Below are positions 57,648 through 60,599 of a DNA stretch of 60,599 nt, piece by piece. The stretch spans positions 1-60,599 of IMG/VR virus record IMGVR_UViG_3300048856_000135; one strand, given 5' to 3'. Within the stretch, counting starts at the first letter, position 1; each line of letters opens with the position of its first letter. The translations under genes were made by a program, and so were the position numbers. Under the pieces are notes generated by a model. It searched no databases. It was given only the letters and a program-made list of their open reading frames with translations, and had not been told where the DNA came from. This DNA comes from a virus. Taxonomy: Duplodnaviria; Caudoviricetes.

Positions 57648-58119
57648 TTTATTTGGGCTTTAGGTTTTTTATATTGGTATTGCAATATACAACATCAGTA
57701 TAATATCTAATGTTTATATAATAAATTTTATTTTAAACTTTATTATAAAACGCATTTGCAATTACAGTACCACAAAGATACGCGTATTTAATATCATCTA
57801 TTGTAACAGGAGTATAATTAACACAACTATCTAGTATAGTACCTCCCTACAGAAAGGCATTCGCAAGACAACCTGCGAGGAACCAAAAAGGTGTATTTTC
57901 TACACCATGTGGAATCACTTCCCTGTTATTTAGTCCTCAACAACCTGCACTCAGACATTGAAGGCCTATTTTTCCACTGGCACCATGGTTGCTTAATGGA
58001 TTGTGTAAATAAATTTGGATTATGGGTTTGGTTGTTCTACATTAGTGATGCGAACCAAAATCAACAGATTCATTTACTTAACAGAGACTTTCTATAAGCA
58101 AACATTTTTTTAACAATAT

Positions 58120-58194
58120 TCTCAGGTGAACGGCTTAGACCCGTATCTCATTATTTCTCTGTAAAGAGTTGATGTTGGTTCGCAGCACCTGGGA
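58120..58194 (+). ncRNA. Candidate CI/C4-like antisense immunity RNA
   Basis: Closing stem TCTCAGGTG/CACCTGGGA, two internal hairpins; segment 58168-58184 complementary to 58049-58065 and to 58213-58225. Confidence 0.65.
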
Positions 58195-58211
58195 TTCATT
58201 TATTCAATGTT

Positions 58212-58529
58212 ATGCGAACCAACATTAGAAAAAACCAGAACAATCAGCTCCCTACTCAGGTTGAAGCTGTACAAATCACTATCAATGAGGATGACGTTAA
58301 CTACGCTATCAAGAAGCTAAGCCTTTACGACGATAGCTACTCTAGGGGGATTGTCACTGTATTCACTAGCTATCTTTCTCATAAGGAGTTCAAGAAAATG
58401 CGTGATGAACTTGATGAGGTGCCAAGAGTCAACGTATCCACCTATAAGCTGTGGGACTTTAGTACTCATGCAGGTTTTTTAGAGGTGATCTACCCAGTTA
58501 CAGAGAAAGGGGGTTGTGATGACAAGTAA
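58212..58529 (+). CDS. Hypothetical protein, putative antisense-RNA target
   Basis: Start region tgcgaaccaacat is complementary to the upstream RNA. Confidence 0.65.
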   Translation: MRTNIRKNQNNQLPTQVEAVQITINEDDVNYAIKKLSLYDDSYSRGIVTVFTSYLSHKEFKKMRDELDEVPRVNVSTYKLWDFSTHAGFLEVIYPVTEKGGCDDK

Positions 58530-58890
58530 GCACCGAATTAGCACCAGCAGCAGTGCTGTATCAAAAAAGCCACAGCGGATTACAATCGATCTTCAGTACC
58601 TAAATGCCGCTCAAGCTCAGCAGCTGATTAAAATGTTTGATGACCCTGAAGCATACGCTGAAAACTTCAGTGCATTGAAAGCAATCACAAAGGGCTTGTA
58701 TAAGATCATACTTGAGAGCAAGCCTGATCCAGATAGTCCACTTCCTCGGATGTTCCATACCGTAAACAACCTTCAGGGCATACTACTATTGGACGACATG
58801 CAGGAGGTTGATAGGATAACCCGTAATAGCGGATTAATGCCATACGTTGGATTTGGGGATCGTTCGCAGAAAGGAGCAGGTGATGAATAA
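58516..58890 (+). CDS. Hypothetical protein
   Basis: Overlap-coupled; ends KGAGDE. Confidence 0.6.
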   Translation: MMTSKHRISTSSSAVSKKPQRITIDLQYLNAAQAQQLIKMFDDPEAYAENFSALKAITKGLYKIILESKPDPDSPLPRMFHTVNNLQGILLLDDMQEVDRITRNSGLMPYVGFGDRSQKGAGDE

Positions 58891-59101
58891 GGCGCTAAAA
58901 CTATCTACAATCACGCTGGCTGCAGCATGCATATTCATGTTGCTTCATGTATGGGGGGCTCTGTAATGACCAGAGAAGTATTAATTTCATACGCAAGGTT
59001 CAGGTTAGCCATTTACATTGCTTGGCTTGACACCAATCCTCCTATAAGTGAGATAATTAAAGAGAACAATAAATTAGCTAAACAACTTAATAAAATAGAA
59101 A

Positions 59102-59377
59102 ATGGAAGGAGTATCAATCGTACCAACAAATGTACTTCAGGATTTGATCACCGAAGTGAAAGAAACCAGGGCCTACATCACCAAAATCAAAGAGGAACTG
59201 GAAATAGCTAGTTCAAAATACATGACCACCGCTCAAGTCTGCAAATACATAAACAAGTCTGAAAACTGGGTCCTGCTTCACAAGCACGATTTAGGTAGCA
59301 GCAAGAGATCCGGCACTCTCCTTTTCAAACGTGCTGACATAGACGAATTCATTAACTCCGATTACTTCAAAAAATAA
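59102..59377 (+). CDS. HTH_17/excisionase-like protein
   Basis: YMTTAQVCKYI...LLFKRADIDEFI. Confidence 0.8.
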   Translation: MEGVSIVPTNVLQDLITEVKETRAYITKIKEELEIASSKYMTTAQVCKYINKSENWVLLHKHDLGSSKRSGTLLFKRADIDEFINSDYFKK

Positions 59378-59382
59378 CAACC

Positions 59383-59670
59383 ATGGAAGAAAACACAGGT
59401 TTAAACCAAGGAATACTCGAACTTAAAACCATGGTTGGTGATCTGCAAGGACAGGTAAACCAATTGCAATACCAGATCGCGAAGATCACTAATCCTGTTT
59501 TAGATAAGCTGATGAACACAAAAGAAGTTGCAGACTACTTGCAGGTGACTACACAATGGGTGATTCTACACAGGCACGAAATAGGTTCGAGTAAGCGCAC
59601 TGGCAAATTAACATTTAAACGCTCTGACGTCGAGGTATTTTTGAAATCCGATTACTACAAGAAAAAATAA
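59383..59670 (+). CDS. HTH_17/excisionase-like protein, tandem paralog
   Basis: LMNTKEVADYL...LTFKRSDVEVFL; shares GSSKR.G and SDY.KK with previous gene. Confidence 0.8.
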   Translation: MEENTGLNQGILELKTMVGDLQGQVNQLQYQIAKITNPVLDKLMNTKEVADYLQVTTQWVILHRHEIGSSKRTGKLTFKRSDVEVFLKSDYYKKK

Positions 59671-59691
59671 GAATTCTCTCCTGGTAAACTT

Positions 59692-59718
59692 AACCCCTGC
59701 AGAAATGTGGGGGTTTTC
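59692..59718 (+). terminator. Intrinsic terminator
   Basis: AACCCCTGCA-gaaa-TGTGGGGTTTTC. Confidence 0.65.
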
Positions 59719-59796
59719 TCTTTGAGACTTGCTATCTAGAAAAAGTAGAATCCCCATCTTAGTAAATTGCGGGCTGAATATCAACCCGCAATACTA

Positions 59797-59997
59797 TTAT
59801 CTTCCGCAACAAGGGCATTCATTATTCCCTGTGGGGCCAAGGCTCTTATTGGTAGCTCCCCTTGCTCTTTCAGAAAGGTTAATTTTACCTGTATAACTTG
59901 ACTGCTCATACTCGTTGATAAATCTTATTACATCTTGTCTCTCTGCATCACTTAATTCGGTGTAGCCGCTTTTTACTTTATCAGATTTTACGCTCAT
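59797..59997 (-). CDS. Small protein ending in CPCCGR
   Basis: ATGA-coupled to upstream gene. Confidence 0.7.
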   Translation of the reverse strand: MSVKSDKVKSGYTELSDAERQDVIRFINEYEQSSYTGKINLSERARGATNKSLGPTGNNECPCCGR

Positions 59998-60599
59998 TGA
60001 TTAAAAAATTTATGTTTAAATGAAAAATTGCCACATACGTCGCAATCCGTTGATTTATGATTGTAAGCTATTTGTTTGCATTTAACACAAGCTTTTTGAT
60101 ATTCTCTTAAAGCAGTTCGCATGCCGTATCTACGTTCCCATTCTTGTATATTGTGTTTTCCATCCTGCTGACTACGATGATCATTTTCCGCATCTAACAT
60201 AATGAATGAGGCTTTCAACTCCTCGATATTGGGGGCAGAGAATGATGCTAGGTTTTTAAATCTAGTATTTAATGATGAATGATGGGCACCTGCTTCAATC
60301 GCGTATGAGTATTCGTCATCCCATTTGCTTAATGATGCCCATAAAGAAAGAATGAATTGAGCTAAACTTAAAGGAACGAATATGTATAAGATATTTTTAA
60401 AGTCCTCATCTATCCCGTATGCTAATGCGTAGCCACCAAGTACCCCAGGAAGAAGAAATCCTATTTTCGAAATCCAATTTAGCCTACTGCTATATCTGTT
60501 AGCCCGTTTTTCGAAAATCTTAGAATAGCCAAATGCGTGAAATTTTCGATCATGCGCGGTGTTACGCAGGATTTGTTCCGTAGTGTGTTGATCTTGCAA
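59994..60599 (-). CDS. Mobilome CxxCx(11)CxxC protein (2-TM, SLATT-like); start may lie outside window
   Basis: Two TM segments; C-terminal CVKC-x11-CDVC. Confidence 0.8.
   Translation of the reverse strand: MQDQHTTEQILRNTAHDRKFHAFGYSKIFEKRANRYSSRLNWISKIGFLLPGVLGGYALAYGIDEDFKNILYIFVPLSLAQFILSLWASLSKWDDEYSYAIEAGAHHSSLNTRFKNLASFSAPNIEELKASFIMLDAENDHRSQQDGKHNIQEWERRYGMRTALREYQKACVKCKQIAYNHKSTDCDVCGNFSFKHKFFNQ

Larger units (their letters stand above)
39173..60599. mobile_element. Element B, satellite-like island with terminase and tape measure; right end outside window
   Basis: int, xis-like HTH, helicase, iterons, primase, terS-like x2, terL, TMP; no capsid, portal, tube or lysin seen. Confidence 0.8.

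Overview
Inferred Bacteroidota (Sphingobacteriaceae-like) DNA, based on protein families and TAnnTTTG-type promoters. It holds two integrated elements joined integrase-to-integrase across a probable tRNA-Leu 3'-end att core at 39155-39172. Element A (<1 to ~39150) is a near-complete siphovirus-like prophage: repressor/cro switch, replication module with an iteron-rich origin, ClpP, capsid, terminase, portal, lysis, tail, tape measure and integrase. Its capsid gene is interrupted by one in-frame TAG. Element B (~39170 to >60599) has a satellite-like backbone (int, xis-like HTH, helicase, ori, primase). It carries two small-terminase-like genes, a large terminase and a 1362-aa tape measure, but no recognisable capsid, portal, tail tube or lysis gene in the window. 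Highlights: (1) this capsid-less TerL+TMP element; (2) a cassette shared by both elements whose ~300-nt non-coding core is ~97% identical while flanking paralogs are only 63-72% identical in amino acids, with a small RNA and a CTAA-N5-TTAG SOS-like box; (3) a P4-CI/P1-C4-like antisense RNA switch at 58048-58225; (4) a fixed-spacing late promoter TGTCCTTT-N24-TT(T/C)G, three of four copies apparently leaderless; (5) a stand-alone copy of the Rep C-terminal domain; (6) a three-gene candidate defence moron. Family names come from motif recognition and identities from hand counts; no database search was run.
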